The notes under the pieces were generated by a model. That model worked only from the letters and a program-made list of their open reading frames with translations. It ran no database searches and was not told the DNA's origin. Of a stretch of DNA of 64,000 bases, positions 46,231 to 57,072 are shown in pieces. Origin of the DNA: an uncultured Planctomycetaceae bacterium (GTDB lineage Bacteria > Planctomycetota > Planctomycetia > Pirellulales > PALSA-1355); assembly GCA_963785305.1 (NCBI GenBank), contig CAWAUV010000008.1:384001-448000 (forward strand), written 5' to 3'. The stretch's first letter is position 1, and the number at the start of each line of letters is the position of its first letter. The position numbers were made by a program, and so were the translations under genes.

Positions 46231-47334
46231 ATGGCGGCGATTGAGGCAATCGAGTACCTCGCGCATCCCGAAAAGCATCCGCCCAAACCGGTGTGCGCGC
46301 TGTTCGGCGACCAGAGTTTCTTGCAGCGCGAAGCGCTCGCGGCGCTGCGGCGCCGCGTGGCCCCGGCCGACGACGGCGACTTTTCGATCGTGACATTCGA
46401 TGGCGACAACGTCGAACTGGTCCGGGTGCTCGATGAGCTCTCGACGCTCGCCATGTTTGGCGGCGGCGGCCGGCTGGTGATCGTGGAAAACGCCGACAAT
46501 TTCGTGAGCCGTCATCGCGCCGCGCTCGAACAATACGCCGCCCATCCCAGGCAATCGTCGACCTTGGCGATCGTGCGCACAGTTGGCCCGGCAATACACG
46601 TCTGGCCAAGCTCGTGGCCGCCACGGGACTCACGGTCGAATGCAAGTTTCCCACTCCCGCCCGCTTGGTGAAATGGCTTTCGCGCTGGGCCAAGGAGTCG
46701 CCACGCCGCGACGCTCGACGCCGACGCCGCCCAACTGCTCGCCGAGCAAGTGGAGCCGGACCTGGGCCTAATCGATCAGGAGTTGGCGAAGCTGGCATCG
46801 ATCGCCGGGCCCGGCGCGGCGATCGACGCGGCGATGATCTCGAGCCATGTGGGCGGCTGGCGAACGAAGACCGTGTGGCAACTGCTCGACGCCGCGCTCG
46901 ACGGGCAGACCGCCGAAGCGCTCGTCGAGCTCGACCGCCTGCTCCTGGCCGGCGAAGCGCCCATCGCGCTCATGGGCCAGGTCGCCTACACGCTCCGTCG
47001 CTTCGGCGCCGCGGTCCGACGGGTCGAGCAGGGCGAGCAATCAGGCGGACGCGTGAACCTGCGAGCGGCGCTCGAGCAAGCCGGGCTCAAGCCGTTTGCC
47101 ATCGCCAAGGCCGAATCTCAGTTGCGGCGTCTCGGTCGCCAGCGAGGCGGCCAATTGCTCGACTGGTTGCTCGAAGCCGATTTGGCGCTCAAGGGCACGA
47201 GCTCATCGCCCTCGCGCGGCCGGCTGCTTCTGGAGCAGTTCATCGTCAGACTTTCCGCGCCCGCGGAAGGCCACCGCTTACCGCCTGCCGGTTCGCGCCC
47301 CCGCCCGGCGGGCGCTGGCCATCGCTCCCGGTGA
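46231..47334 (+). CDS. holA: DNA polymerase III subunit delta, frameshifts near 46580 and 46710
   Basis: 'ALFGDQSFL', 'LDELSTLAMFGGGGRLVIVENAD', 'DLGLIDQELAKLA', 'LLEADLALKG'. Confidence 0.85.
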
Positions 47335-47592
47335 TGCGCGGGCATCGCTAGCGCGGCGTGGCGCCCGAATGCTGGCGGAGCATCCGTCGAAGCGTCGGCA
47401 AAAGCGCGGCCGGACTTGACGGAAAATTCACGGATTGGTACTAACCGAGCCCGCTGAGTATTTCCATTCATTTCGATCGCTCGGCGCTCGTCTGTTGTTG
47501 CTCCCATCTTTTTGTCCGTCCGGCGGGATTGCCCACTCGCCGAAGTTTGATGCGAGGTTCGTGCGCTGAATACCATTCTTTGCCGGCGCGTC

Positions 47593-48891
47593 GTGGGGGT
47601 CGCGCTGGTCATGTTATCGGCCGCGCCAGCCTGGGCGCAGCGCATGCAGTTTCCGACGATGGTCTCGTCGGCGGCATACGCGCCCGGGGCTGATCCAAAC
47701 GCGCCGGCGGTGGATGTCGTGCCCCAATGGGGCGCGCCGGGCAGCGGCGCGCCTTCGACCGGGGCCGCAATCGCGCCGGCGCCCTATTCGCCCGCGCCGG
47801 CCTACGCGCCCGCGCCCGCTTCGCCCGCGCCGTTTAACGCTCCGGCCTATTCGGCGGCGGCGCCCGCCGGCTTGCCGACGGTGGCGCCGAGCGGCGCGGC
47901 GCCCGCGTTTGATCCCTATTCCACGACCGCGCAGCCCACGGTGACGATCGCGCCGCAGTATTCGCCCTATGCGGCGTCGCCCTATGCGCCGCCACCCGCC
48001 GCGCCCTATTCCACCACGCCGAGCGTGCTCTATCCGAGCGGCAGCCCGGCGCCGATGCAAGCCGCGCCGCCCGGAACGATCTTTCCCTCGCTGGCCCAGC
48101 CCTTGCGCCTCTTGCAAGAACTGCGATTTCGGGAAACCTTTCTGGCGCGAGGCAATGGCAACGAAGGCTTTGGCGTGACCTCGAGCGAGATTTCAAGCAC
48201 GTTTACATTGCCGCTGCTCTACAGTCAGGCGCCGCTCTTGATCACGCCCGGCTTCGGCTACCACTCGCTGAATGGCCCCTCGACGATGCCGCCTTCCTAC
48301 GCCGATCTGCCGCCGGCGGTGTACGACTGCTATCTCGACGTGGCTTGGCAGCCGCGAATCACGAACTGGCTCAGCGCCGACCTCGGCGCCCGGGCCGGCA
48401 TCTACTCCGACTTTCACGCCGTGAACACGCAAAGCATCCGTATCATGGGCCGGGCGATCGCGCTCATTGCCCTGCGGAGCGATTTGCAATTGGCGGCGGG
48501 CGTGGTGTATCTGGACCGCAACTTGATCAAGATGTTGCCGGCCGGCGGTATTATTTGGACCCCCAACCCCGACACCCGGCTCGATATCGTGTTTCCGAAC
48601 CCCAAGCTGGCCCATCGCTTCACCACCGTGGGCACCACCGATCTTTGGCTGTACCTCGCCGGCGAATACGGCGGTGGCGCTTGGACGATTCGCCGGGCCG
48701 ACGGAGCTTCCGACAATTTCGACTACAACGACATTCGCCTCTCGCTGGGCGTCGACATGTACGGCGCGTCGCACATTCGCGGCATGGCCGAAGTCGGTTG
48801 GGTGTTCGACCGCCAGATCATCTACCGCAGCGGCACTCCGCAGTTCGATCCCTCCGACACCGTGATGGTCCGCGCCGGATTGAACTACTGA
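47593..48891 (+). CDS. Exported protein with Pro/Ala/Tyr-rich N-terminus and probable outer-membrane beta-barrel C-terminus
   Basis: Signal peptide, low-complexity linker, amphipathic strands 'GVVYLDR...LPAGGIIWTP...FPNPKLA', terminal aromatic 'RAGLNY'. Confidence 0.7.
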   Translation: MGVALVMLSAAPAWAQRMQFPTMVSSAAYAPGADPNAPAVDVVPQWGAPGSGAPSTGAAIAPAPYSPAPAYAPAPASPAPFNAPAYSAAAPAGLPTVAPSGAAPAFDPYSTTAQPTVTIAPQYSPYAASPYAPPPAAPYSTTPSVLYPSGSPAPMQAAPPGTIFPSLAQPLRLLQELRFRETFLARGNGNEGFGVTSSEISSTFTLPLLYSQAPLLITPGFGYHSLNGPSTMPPSYADLPPAVYDCYLDVAWQPRITNWLSADLGARAGIYSDFHAVNTQSIRIMGRAIALIALRSDLQLAAGVVYLDRNLIKMLPAGGIIWTPNPDTRLDIVFPNPKLAHRFTTVGTTDLWLYLAGEYGGGAWTIRRADGASDNFDYNDIRLSLGVDMYGASHIRGMAEVGWVFDRQIIYRSGTPQFDPSDTVMVRAGLNY

Positions 48892-49011
48892 TATCCCCGT
48901 GAAAGAAACACTCACGCGCGAGGGCGCCGAGGACGCCGTGAAAAACATTGCGGGCGAATAATAATACGCGCCGTCGCCCACGCGACCGCGATCCCGCGAT
49001 TCGCCCGCGCC

Positions 49012-50058
49012 TCATGCGCTTTTCGCCGCCAACGCCGCCAAGCGATCGAGGCTCTCGCTCCACCCTTGACGCATGCCGGCGATCATGCCGGTCGCCGTGG
49101 GCGTCACTTGCAGCACTTCGGCCGTGAGCGTCAAAAGAGTTTTGCCGCCCACATCGGCGAACGTAATCGTGTTGAGAATCTCGGCAAGGGGTCGGCGGGC
49201 GGCGTCGACCGGCGATGTGACAAACACCAGTCGCTCGGGCGGCGACAACTCGCGAAACTCGCCGGTCATCGGATAATCGACGCCCTCGGCCGATCGCATC
49301 ACCATCCAGATCGCTCCGCCCGGCCGGGCATCGACTTCGCATTCGGGAGTCGTGAATCCCTTCGGGCCCCACCAAGCGGCCAAATGCGCTGCTTCGGTCC
49401 ACAGACGATACACAAGCTCTCGCGGCGCCGCCAACTCTCGGGTAAGCACCAGCTTGCGGCCGCCTTCGAGCGCCGGATCGGCGCCGGATGAAAGCGATCC
49501 GGGTTCGGAGGAACAGGCGCCCGCGGCCTGCCGGGCCAAATGTTCGGCCAATCGAGCGAGCGTCTGCTTGCCGCCTTCCAGGGCGCCGTATTGTTCGACG
49601 ACGCGATTCCGTTCTTCGGCCGAGGAAAAGATCATTCGCAATGTCACTTCCGTTTGCCCCCGACCGCCGCGGGCCGGGAGCTCGACGAACGTGACCTCGG
49701 TGCGATGGTCCGAGCGTTCGCAGGCGGCGTCGGGCTGGTGCTCGAAGACGAGCCGCTCCGGGGGCGCCACTTCCAGAAAAACCACGCGATTATGATAATC
49801 GTGGCCGTCGGGACCGTGCATCACAAGCCGCCACACGCCGCCGAGCCGCACGTCCATCTGGCGGATCGTGGTTTGGAACCCGAACGGCCCCCACCATTTT
49901 GCCACATGCTCCCGCTCGGTCCACATGCGATAAACCAGAACCCGCGGCGCGTCGAACACCCGCGTGAGCAAGATTTCCCGATCGGCGTTTGCGGCGTCGT
50001 CGGTGGCGGGTCGATCGGACTTTACCATGAGAATTCTCCTAGGGCGGTCGGCGCTCAT
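49012..50058 (-). CDS. Tandem SRPBCC/AHSA1-domain protein
   Basis: Two copies of 'TR.F.APR.LVYR.WTE..H.A.WWGP.GF.T...D.R.GG.W..VM'. Confidence 0.88.
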   Translation of the reverse strand: MSADRPRRILMVKSDRPATDDAANADREILLTRVFDAPRVLVYRMWTEREHVAKWWGPFGFQTTIRQMDVRLGGVWRLVMHGPDGHDYHNRVVFLEVAPPERLVFEHQPDAACERSDHRTEVTFVELPARGGRGQTEVTLRMIFSSAEERNRVVEQYGALEGGKQTLARLAEHLARQAAGACSSEPGSLSSGADPALEGGRKLVLTRELAAPRELVYRLWTEAAHLAAWWGPKGFTTPECEVDARPGGAIWMVMRSAEGVDYPMTGEFRELSPPERLVFVTSPVDAARRPLAEILNTITFADVGGKTLLTLTAEVLQVTPTATGMIAGMRQGWSESLDRLAALAAKSA

Positions 50059-50500
50059 GGCCGGCAGCGATGGGTTCCTATTTTATGCATCGACCGGAGC
50101 AATGAGATACCATGAGGTTAAATAACCGCCAGGTAAACTACATTTCGTGGCCAGTCGCGTCAAGCGGCAGCGGGAATATACCAGAAGGCCATGACCGCCC
50201 ATTCGCCACGCGACTTGGAACCGCCACGCGCGGACCATGCCCGCGACGGGGCAATTGTTGTGACTATCGCGTTGCGTGTCCGACGACGGAAAATTGCAGT
50301 TAGGCACGTCCGGTTCCGGCGGTGTACGCGCTCGCTAACGCCGCAGGTCATAAAGTCGGGGACAGCGGCGTCTTCATCCGGTCCCGGTGTGGCGGCTTAT
50401 CGGGCTCGGGGTATACTTCATGCCGCGTCGCGGCGGCGACCAAATGAAACCGCGCATATTCCCGCGGCATTCGTCGCCGCGCATAAAACAGGCGAACCTC

Positions 50501-52837
50501 ATGGCTCCCACAGTCGACGAAGCATACCCATCAGAGCGAATACACGACGACGCGGCCCAGCAACCGCCGCCGCTCGACGAGGCGCAAAGGCATGCGATTC
50601 TCGCATGCCACCAGAAGCTGGTGGGCGAAGGGCAACTGCCCACGACGACCGAACTCGACAGCGAATTTCGGATTTTTCGCGAGCGGTTTGGCCCGGAAGT
50701 GCTGAAGAACGTCGATGGCGAGGCGTTGCTCAATTTGATGCATGACCACGCCAACCATGATAGTCTCGTCTACTGGTTGGAATACAAGAATGACGATGTG
50801 TTCAAGACGACGCGCCACGGCGGCATTGCCGGCGGTAGCGCGCTGAAATTCGGGATTTTTCGCCAGGCGTCCACCGGCAATTGGCGTGCTGGCGACGCGT
50901 CGAACAAGCCGATGGATATTTCGGTCGAGGAAGCGATTGAAATTGCGCGAGTTCATCGCGATGAGCTTCTCAAGGGAATCGCGATCCTCGACCAAGTTTC
51001 CCACAACGCGCCGGACGAAGCCTACGCGTGGCTTCAAAAGCAAATGGACGCACGGGCGCCCACCGTGAGCGATCTGGCCTGGGGTCACAAGTATTTCTAT
51101 CTGCTTTTTCCGAACAAGCTCGATGATTTTCACAGCACGGCGTGGCAACGATTTCGTCTGCTGAAGCTTTTGCAAATGCCGCCCGCCGGCGAGGGACGAT
51201 TCCTATGTGCTGGTCGATTTGTCCGGGCCGCGAATCAACTGGGGCTTTCGATGAATCATTTCTCGAGCACGCTCGACGCGATCCAAGGTGGCCTGCGTCG
51301 GTACTGGCGGATTGGAACCCATCACAACGGAAACGGCACGTTCTACTGGCCGCTGATGCGAGACCGCGGCCGCATTGCGATAGGGTGGGAAAAGCTGGGC
51401 GACATCTCCTGGATCGAAGCGACGAAAGAATCGCGTGAGAGGCTAAAGCATGAACTTGGTAAAGCGCGTCAAAATACCCCGCAAGTGATTGGCAAGGACT
51501 GCACCCAGTTGACGAACTTCGTCGCGGTGATGGGCGAAGGCGACATCGTATTGGCGGCTAACGGCATGAGGGTGCTGGGAGTTGGTCGCGTCATTGGCGG
51601 CTACGAGTATCATCCGGAAGATGGGTTCCCACATCAGAGACAGGTTGAGTGGTTGACGCTCGATGAATGGAGCATGCCGTTCCCGAGAGAAGGCTTGCAG
51701 TCGACCGTCCGAGAGCTCAAGAGGCACGACGAGAACATTCTGGCGATCGAACACCGGCTTCAGTCGATCATCTCGCTGCCCCCGAAACTACTCGGAGTCG
51801 CAACGAGAATTCAATCGATTCTCGAGCGTAAGGGCCAAGTCATTCTATTTGGCCCGCCGGGCACGGGTAAGACTTTTTGGGCCGAGCGAGCGGCGAACGA
51901 TCTCGCGGCCATGTCGGCGTTTGGGAAATTGTTTGACTCACTCGACGCGACCGAGAAACAAGTCGTGCAGGGCGTGGGCGAGACTCCAGGGCTTGTCCGG
52001 CTGTGCTGTTTTCATCCAGGCTATGGCTACGAGGATTTTCTGGAAGGCTACCGGCCGCGGGCCTTGAATGGGCAGGTCGCGTTCGAGCTTCGTGACGGAG
52101 TGTTCAAGAGGCTCTGCGACGATGCGCGGAAAATGCCCGATCGCAACTTTTACTTAATCGTCGACGAAATCAATCGCGGCGACATTCCCCGCATTTTTGG
52201 CGAACTGCTGACGGTTCTGGAAAAGAGCAAACGGGGCAAGCAAGTTATTTTGCCCCTCAGTCAGAAAACGTTTTGCGTCCCGACGAACGTGTTTCTACTG
52301 GGCACGATGAACACCGCGGACCATTCGATTTCACTGCTCGATGTCGCGCTTCGGCGGCGATTCGGATTCATCGAACTAATGCCCGACGCCGTTGTCCTCA
52401 AGGACTCGATCGTCGCGGGCATCGCGTTGCAGCCCTGGCTTGAAGCCTTGAACGCCAGCATTCGAAAGCACGCGGGCCGCGATGCCCGCAACTTGCAGAT
52501 CGGCCATTCCTATCTCATGCATTCCGGCCGTCCGCTCAAGGACTTGCCCTCACTCAGGCGAGCGGTTAGGGACGATATCATTCCACTGCTTCAAGAATAC
52601 TGTTACGACGATTACGGCGCCCTCAAAAACATTCTAGGCGGACAAATCATCAACGCGAAGGATGCTTGTATCAACCCGGAAATATTTGATCGAGGGCATG
52701 AGGCGTCATTCGTCGCCGCCCTGCTCGCCCCTTTCCCGGGCATTGCAACATCGCCCGAAGCCATCGAGGCGGACGAATCGCCGGTCGAGTCTGAAAGCGA
52801 TGAAGAGCGGGACGATGACGCGGAGGGCGAGACGTGA
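50501..52837 (+). CDS. mcrB: McrB-family AAA+ GTPase with extended N-terminal recognition region
   Basis: Walker A 'GPPGTGKT', 'FHPGYGYEDFLEG', Walker B 'IVDEINRG', signature 'GTMNTAD', 'ALRRRF', 'IGHSY'. Confidence 0.9.
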   Translation: MAPTVDEAYPSERIHDDAAQQPPPLDEAQRHAILACHQKLVGEGQLPTTTELDSEFRIFRERFGPEVLKNVDGEALLNLMHDHANHDSLVYWLEYKNDDVFKTTRHGGIAGGSALKFGIFRQASTGNWRAGDASNKPMDISVEEAIEIARVHRDELLKGIAILDQVSHNAPDEAYAWLQKQMDARAPTVSDLAWGHKYFYLLFPNKLDDFHSTAWQRFRLLKLLQMPPAGEGRFLCAGRFVRAANQLGLSMNHFSSTLDAIQGGLRRYWRIGTHHNGNGTFYWPLMRDRGRIAIGWEKLGDISWIEATKESRERLKHELGKARQNTPQVIGKDCTQLTNFVAVMGEGDIVLAANGMRVLGVGRVIGGYEYHPEDGFPHQRQVEWLTLDEWSMPFPREGLQSTVRELKRHDENILAIEHRLQSIISLPPKLLGVATRIQSILERKGQVILFGPPGTGKTFWAERAANDLAAMSAFGKLFDSLDATEKQVVQGVGETPGLVRLCCFHPGYGYEDFLEGYRPRALNGQVAFELRDGVFKRLCDDARKMPDRNFYLIVDEINRGDIPRIFGELLTVLEKSKRGKQVILPLSQKTFCVPTNVFLLGTMNTADHSISLLDVALRRRFGFIELMPDAVVLKDSIVAGIALQPWLEALNASIRKHAGRDARNLQIGHSYLMHSGRPLKDLPSLRRAVRDDIIPLLQEYCYDDYGALKNILGGQIINAKDACINPEIFDRGHEASFVAALLAPFPGIATSPEAIEADESPVESESDEERDDDAEGET

Positions 52838-54138
52838 CCGCGATCACGATCGAGACTTCCGAATGGCGGACGCTGGGGCCCGATAATTGCGGCGAGCTCG
52901 ATGGTCATTTTTTGGAGACTACTCCCGGTGATCGCAAGACGGTCAAATGGCTCGAAAAAAGCAAACTTATCGGGTTGCGCGACCTTCGACGTGGCCTCGA
53001 GGTGAAAACATTCGCCCATGTCGGCAAAGTGCGGATCGGCAATTTAGACGTGACAATCATGCCCAAAATCGAGCGCGGCGTGCTCCTCGGACTCCTGCGT
53101 TACGCCTACGGTTTTCGCAAGCTGAGGGTTTTTTCGGATTCGGCGCAGCATGTCGATCGTCATGGTTTCGTGGACATCTTGATTAGCCAGTTGAACGCCG
53201 AGGCGAGCGAAGTCATACGTCGTGGCTTGCTCCGGGCTTATGTTCCGTTCGACGAACGCTTGAGTTCGCCGCGTGGCGGAATCGACATGGCGCGAATCGT
53301 GCGAGATGCCGGCGCCGCGGCGGCTACGCTACCTTGCCGCCACTATCAGCGAGTCGAAGACGCGATTCTCAATCGAGTGTTGATGGCTGGGCTGCGACTG
53401 GCCGCGTCGCTGACCGAAGTGCCCGAACTGCGCCTCGAGTCGCGAACTCTTGCCGCGATGATGGAAGCGCGAGTTAAGCCGATCCAGCGGAAGTTGACAG
53501 TCGCGATGTTGGACAGCGCTGATCGCCAACAAAGCCGGCTGACCGCGTCTTACGGGCCCGCGTTGTCTATCATCCGCCTGCTTGTGCGAGGCCACGGCAT
53601 CGAGTTGAAAGGCGCAATAGTCAAGCTCCCTGGATTTTTGTTTGATATGAATGCGTTCTTTCAGACGCTCGTGTCGCGATTTTTGCGGGACAATCTGACG
53701 GGGCATGAAATTATCGACGAGCACTCCCTGAACGGAATGCTGAGGTACGACCCGATGTTCAATCCACGGCATCGACAAGCACCCACGCCGAGACCCGACT
53801 ATGTTGTAAGGCGGTCTGGAATCACACGGGCAATTTTAGATGCGAAGTACCGAGATTTGTGGGAAAAGTCATTGCCGAGCACCATGCTGTATCAGTTGGT
53901 CGCGTACGCTATTAGCCAGCCGATGCGGCCGGAAAGCAGCATTCTCTACCCGACGACGGATGTTAAAGCCAAGGAAGCCCGAATCGACGCGAGAGAACCG
54001 ATCTCGGGCAAAAAAATCGCTCAAGTATGCCTTCGCCCCATACTACTGCCGCAACTCGCGAGACTGGTGATGGCGAATTCGCCCGAGGGTCGACGTGAAC
54101 GCGAGGCCCTCGCGCATCGGCTTGCGTTCGGGAATTAA
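52834..54138 (+). CDS. mcrC: McrC-family restriction nuclease subunit
   Basis: Overlapping GTGA start/stop with mcrB; 'IMPKI', 'LFDMNAFFQ', 'RPDYV...ILDAKYR', 'LYQLVAYA'. Confidence 0.88.
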   Translation: MTAITIETSEWRTLGPDNCGELDGHFLETTPGDRKTVKWLEKSKLIGLRDLRRGLEVKTFAHVGKVRIGNLDVTIMPKIERGVLLGLLRYAYGFRKLRVFSDSAQHVDRHGFVDILISQLNAEASEVIRRGLLRAYVPFDERLSSPRGGIDMARIVRDAGAAAATLPCRHYQRVEDAILNRVLMAGLRLAASLTEVPELRLESRTLAAMMEARVKPIQRKLTVAMLDSADRQQSRLTASYGPALSIIRLLVRGHGIELKGAIVKLPGFLFDMNAFFQTLVSRFLRDNLTGHEIIDEHSLNGMLRYDPMFNPRHRQAPTPRPDYVVRRSGITRAILDAKYRDLWEKSLPSTMLYQLVAYAISQPMRPESSILYPTTDVKAKEARIDAREPISGKKIAQVCLRPILLPQLARLVMANSPEGRREREALAHRLAFGN

Positions 54139-54490
54139 ACCCGCTCAAATCCCGCTACTTCCTCTCCATACGGAAGCATCCTATGTCCACGTTGTTCGGC
54201 GAACCAGCATTCAATTATGTGCGGATTTTTAATTTAATCGGCGCCGAGGGCATAATGCGTTCGCGCGAGTACTCGTCGCCGGTAATCCGCGAGCGGGGTG
54301 GTTCGGGCAAGCGTAGGCGAACTGTTTTTCGCCAGCATCTGGCGTTCGGGCCGCTTGAGGCTCCTCGCGGGTTGTAAACGGCGGCCAGACTTGCGCGGTT
54401 TCGGCTGGCATGTGTCAATCGCCGCAGCAGACATGACCGCACCGCCGGATCGGCGGATCGGCGCCGGGCCGGTCTCGGAATCGATTGCCA

Positions 54491-55621
54491 TCAGCCCGAG
54501 GGTTTGGGCTCCTCCGCCCAGGCCGCGGCGCTTTTGCTGGCCAGGCGCTCGAGCCCTTGCTCGCGCACTTCGGCGGCGAACGTTGGGCGCGAGCCCGTGA
54601 ATTCCAGTTCCGAGAGCAGCCGTCCCTCGCGATCGCGGCCCATGAAGCGCCGCACGTAGACATCGCGAAGTTGATATTGGTTGTGCTCGTCGAGCCCCAT
54701 TGCTTCCGTGATGCGAGTCATCTTTCGACTTCCATCTTCGGCGATGCGCGAGATTTGCGCCACCACATTGATCGCCGAGGCGACCTGGGCCCGCGCCACA
54801 TAGATCGGCAATTCGACATCGCTCATCAAGGAGAGCGTTTCCAACCGCACTAGCGAATCGCGGGGCGAATTGGCATGCACGGTCGACAAACTGCCGGCGT
54901 GGCCCGAGATCATCGATTGCACCAGATCGAGCGCTTCGCCGGAGCGCACTTCGCCCACGATAATGCGATCGGGCCGCATGCGGAGCGAGTTGACGAACAA
55001 CTGCCGCACCGTGAGACCGCCGCGCCCATGGGCGTCGGGCCGATTGGCTTCCAGATACAGGCAATGCTGTTGCTTGAGCCGAAGTTCCGCGGTGTCTTCG
55101 ATCACGATGATCCGCTCTTCCTCGGGAATCGCTTGCGAAAGCGCGCCCAGGAGCGAGGTTTTGCCGGTGCCGGTGCCGCCGGAAATAATGATGTTCTTGT
55201 GCAGCCGCACGCAGATTTCCAAAAACTCGCGGGCCGACTCCGACATGCTGCCGAAGCGCACCAAGTCGTCGAGCGAGAGTCCCTGGCGGGCGAATTTGCG
55301 AATCGTCAGATAGCTGCCGCTGGTGGCGCTGGGTGGAATCACGGCGTTGACGCGCGAGCCGCTCGGCAGTCGGGCATCGAGAATCGGGTGCTGCTGGCTG
55401 ATCTCGCGACCCACCCATTGGGCAATGTTGTGAATCGCCGAAAGCAGCGCGTCTTCGCTCGCGAAGCTGGCGTCGGTGCGTTCGATCCGCCCGCGCCGCT
55501 CGATATAGATATCGCGATAGCCGTTGACCATGACTTCGGTCACGGTGTCGTCGGCCAGGAACTTGCCGATCGGACCCAGGAAATAGTCGACACTGGCTTC
55601 GAAGATAGCGGAGCGAGACAT
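54491..55621 (-). CDS. cpaF: CpaF/TadA-family secretion ATPase
   Basis: 'EVMVNG', 'DARLPSGSRVN', 'ISGGTGTGKTSLL', 'IEDTAEL', 'LRMRPDRIIVGEVR', 'SGHAGSLSTVHAN'. Confidence 0.88.
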   Translation of the reverse strand: MSRSAIFEASVDYFLGPIGKFLADDTVTEVMVNGYRDIYIERRGRIERTDASFASEDALLSAIHNIAQWVGREISQQHPILDARLPSGSRVNAVIPPSATSGSYLTIRKFARQGLSLDDLVRFGSMSESAREFLEICVRLHKNIIISGGTGTGKTSLLGALSQAIPEEERIIVIEDTAELRLKQQHCLYLEANRPDAHGRGGLTVRQLFVNSLRMRPDRIIVGEVRSGEALDLVQSMISGHAGSLSTVHANSPRDSLVRLETLSLMSDVELPIYVARAQVASAINVVAQISRIAEDGSRKMTRITEAMGLDEHNQYQLRDVYVRRFMGRDREGRLLSELEFTGSRPTFAAEVREQGLERLASKSAAAWAEEPKPSG

Positions 55622-55994
55622 GACGGCGATCCGATGGGGCAGGCGAACGCCCGACTTGCGATAAACCGCGATCCCGGGAACAAACTCCCGTAACGACGAC
55701 AACATGCATGCTCCCGCGCCGACCGCCGTGAGTCAAGCATCGGCCGAATTCGCGCGGCGCGAGCCAAACCGCGGACACGCGCGGTCCGCGCCTTTTGTCT
55801 CGGCCCGAGCACGTCATCAGGAAAAACTTGCCTTTCCGGATTGAACCGCGTACGCTCATGGGCGTGCAATCCAGCGCATGCGTCATGTCCCCCTCCGCGC
55901 CGTGCGGCTTGCCGGCTCGATCGGGTCGGGCATGAAGTGGGCGGTCCATATCGTCGAAGCGCCCGTGACTCAAACCCCGCGGTCCACGTTTCCC

Positions 55995-57062
55995 ATGTCG
56001 ATCCAACCACCCGCGGATAGCCAATTCGCCGAATATCCCGCCTCGTGGTATCTGTTTGGCGCGAGTCGTGAGATTGGCAAGCAGCCCATGCCGAAGCGGA
56101 TGTTGGGTCGCCGGCTCGTTGCTTATCGCGCCGGAGAACGTTGCGTTGTTCTCGACGCCGATTGCGCGCATCTGGGCGCCGACTTAAGCCGGGGGCGCAT
56201 GGTGGGCGACTGTTTGCAGTGCCCGTTTCATCACTGGGAATACGGCCCAGATGGCCATTGCCAGCGGATTCCGGCTCAACAGGAAATCCCGGAGTTTGCC
56301 CGGCAGCGGTCCTATCCAGTGGTCGAGCGACAAGGGCTGGTGTTCTTCTTCAACGGTTCCAAGCCGCTATTCCCTTTGCCGTTTTTCGATGCTTGTCGAC
56401 CCGAGGATTTCGCGCGTGGCCGTCCCTTTCGATTCGTGGCGGACTGCTCGTGGTATATGTTGGTGTCGAACGGTTTCGACGGGCAGCATTTCGAAACGGT
56501 GCATGACCGTCGCTTGACTCGGCCAATCGAGGTGGAATGCCCCGCGCCGCTCGCGCACCGAATGCGTTTTCACGCCGAAGTCGTGGGCCAGTCGATCTTC
56601 GATTGGCTCTTGCGAAAATTCGTCGGCGAGCACGTGGAAGTGACGATCACGAGTTGGGCCGGTCCCTTCGTTTTGGTGACCGGCGATTTCGGCAAGACAG
56701 TGAGCCGAGCGCTGATCGCCAGCCAGCCGCTCGGCCCGCATGAGGTGCTTGTCGAAGTGATCGTGTTCGCGCCCCGGTCGCGAAGCATGATTGCCCGCGG
56801 CCTGGTTCAGCCGATTAACTTGTGGCTTCGTCGGCTCTTCACGCAAGGTTTCATGCGGGACGACATCAAACGACTCGTCGGTATCCGTTACCGCTCCCGG
56901 GCGCTTTTGGCGAGCGATCGGTGTCTGATCGACTTTTTCCAGTGGCTAGCGGAGCTTCCACGCGAAAGCTGGCAAATGCCGGTATCCGCCGCGGCGACCG
57001 ATCATTTGCCCGAGCGGCCCGAAAAATCTCGTCAAGCATCAAGTATTGCCCGATCCCCCTGA
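55995..57062 (+). CDS. Rieske [2Fe-2S] non-heme-iron oxygenase
   Basis: 'CAHLGADL...CPFHHW' Rieske ligands; 'NGFDGQHFETVH' mononuclear iron motif. Confidence 0.88.
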   Translation: MSIQPPADSQFAEYPASWYLFGASREIGKQPMPKRMLGRRLVAYRAGERCVVLDADCAHLGADLSRGRMVGDCLQCPFHHWEYGPDGHCQRIPAQQEIPEFARQRSYPVVERQGLVFFFNGSKPLFPLPFFDACRPEDFARGRPFRFVADCSWYMLVSNGFDGQHFETVHDRRLTRPIEVECPAPLAHRMRFHAEVVGQSIFDWLLRKFVGEHVEVTITSWAGPFVLVTGDFGKTVSRALIASQPLGPHEVLVEVIVFAPRSRSMIARGLVQPINLWLRRLFTQGFMRDDIKRLVGIRYRSRALLASDRCLIDFFQWLAELPRESWQMPVSAAATDHLPERPEKSRQASSIARSP

Positions 57063-57072
57063 GAGACCTGTC

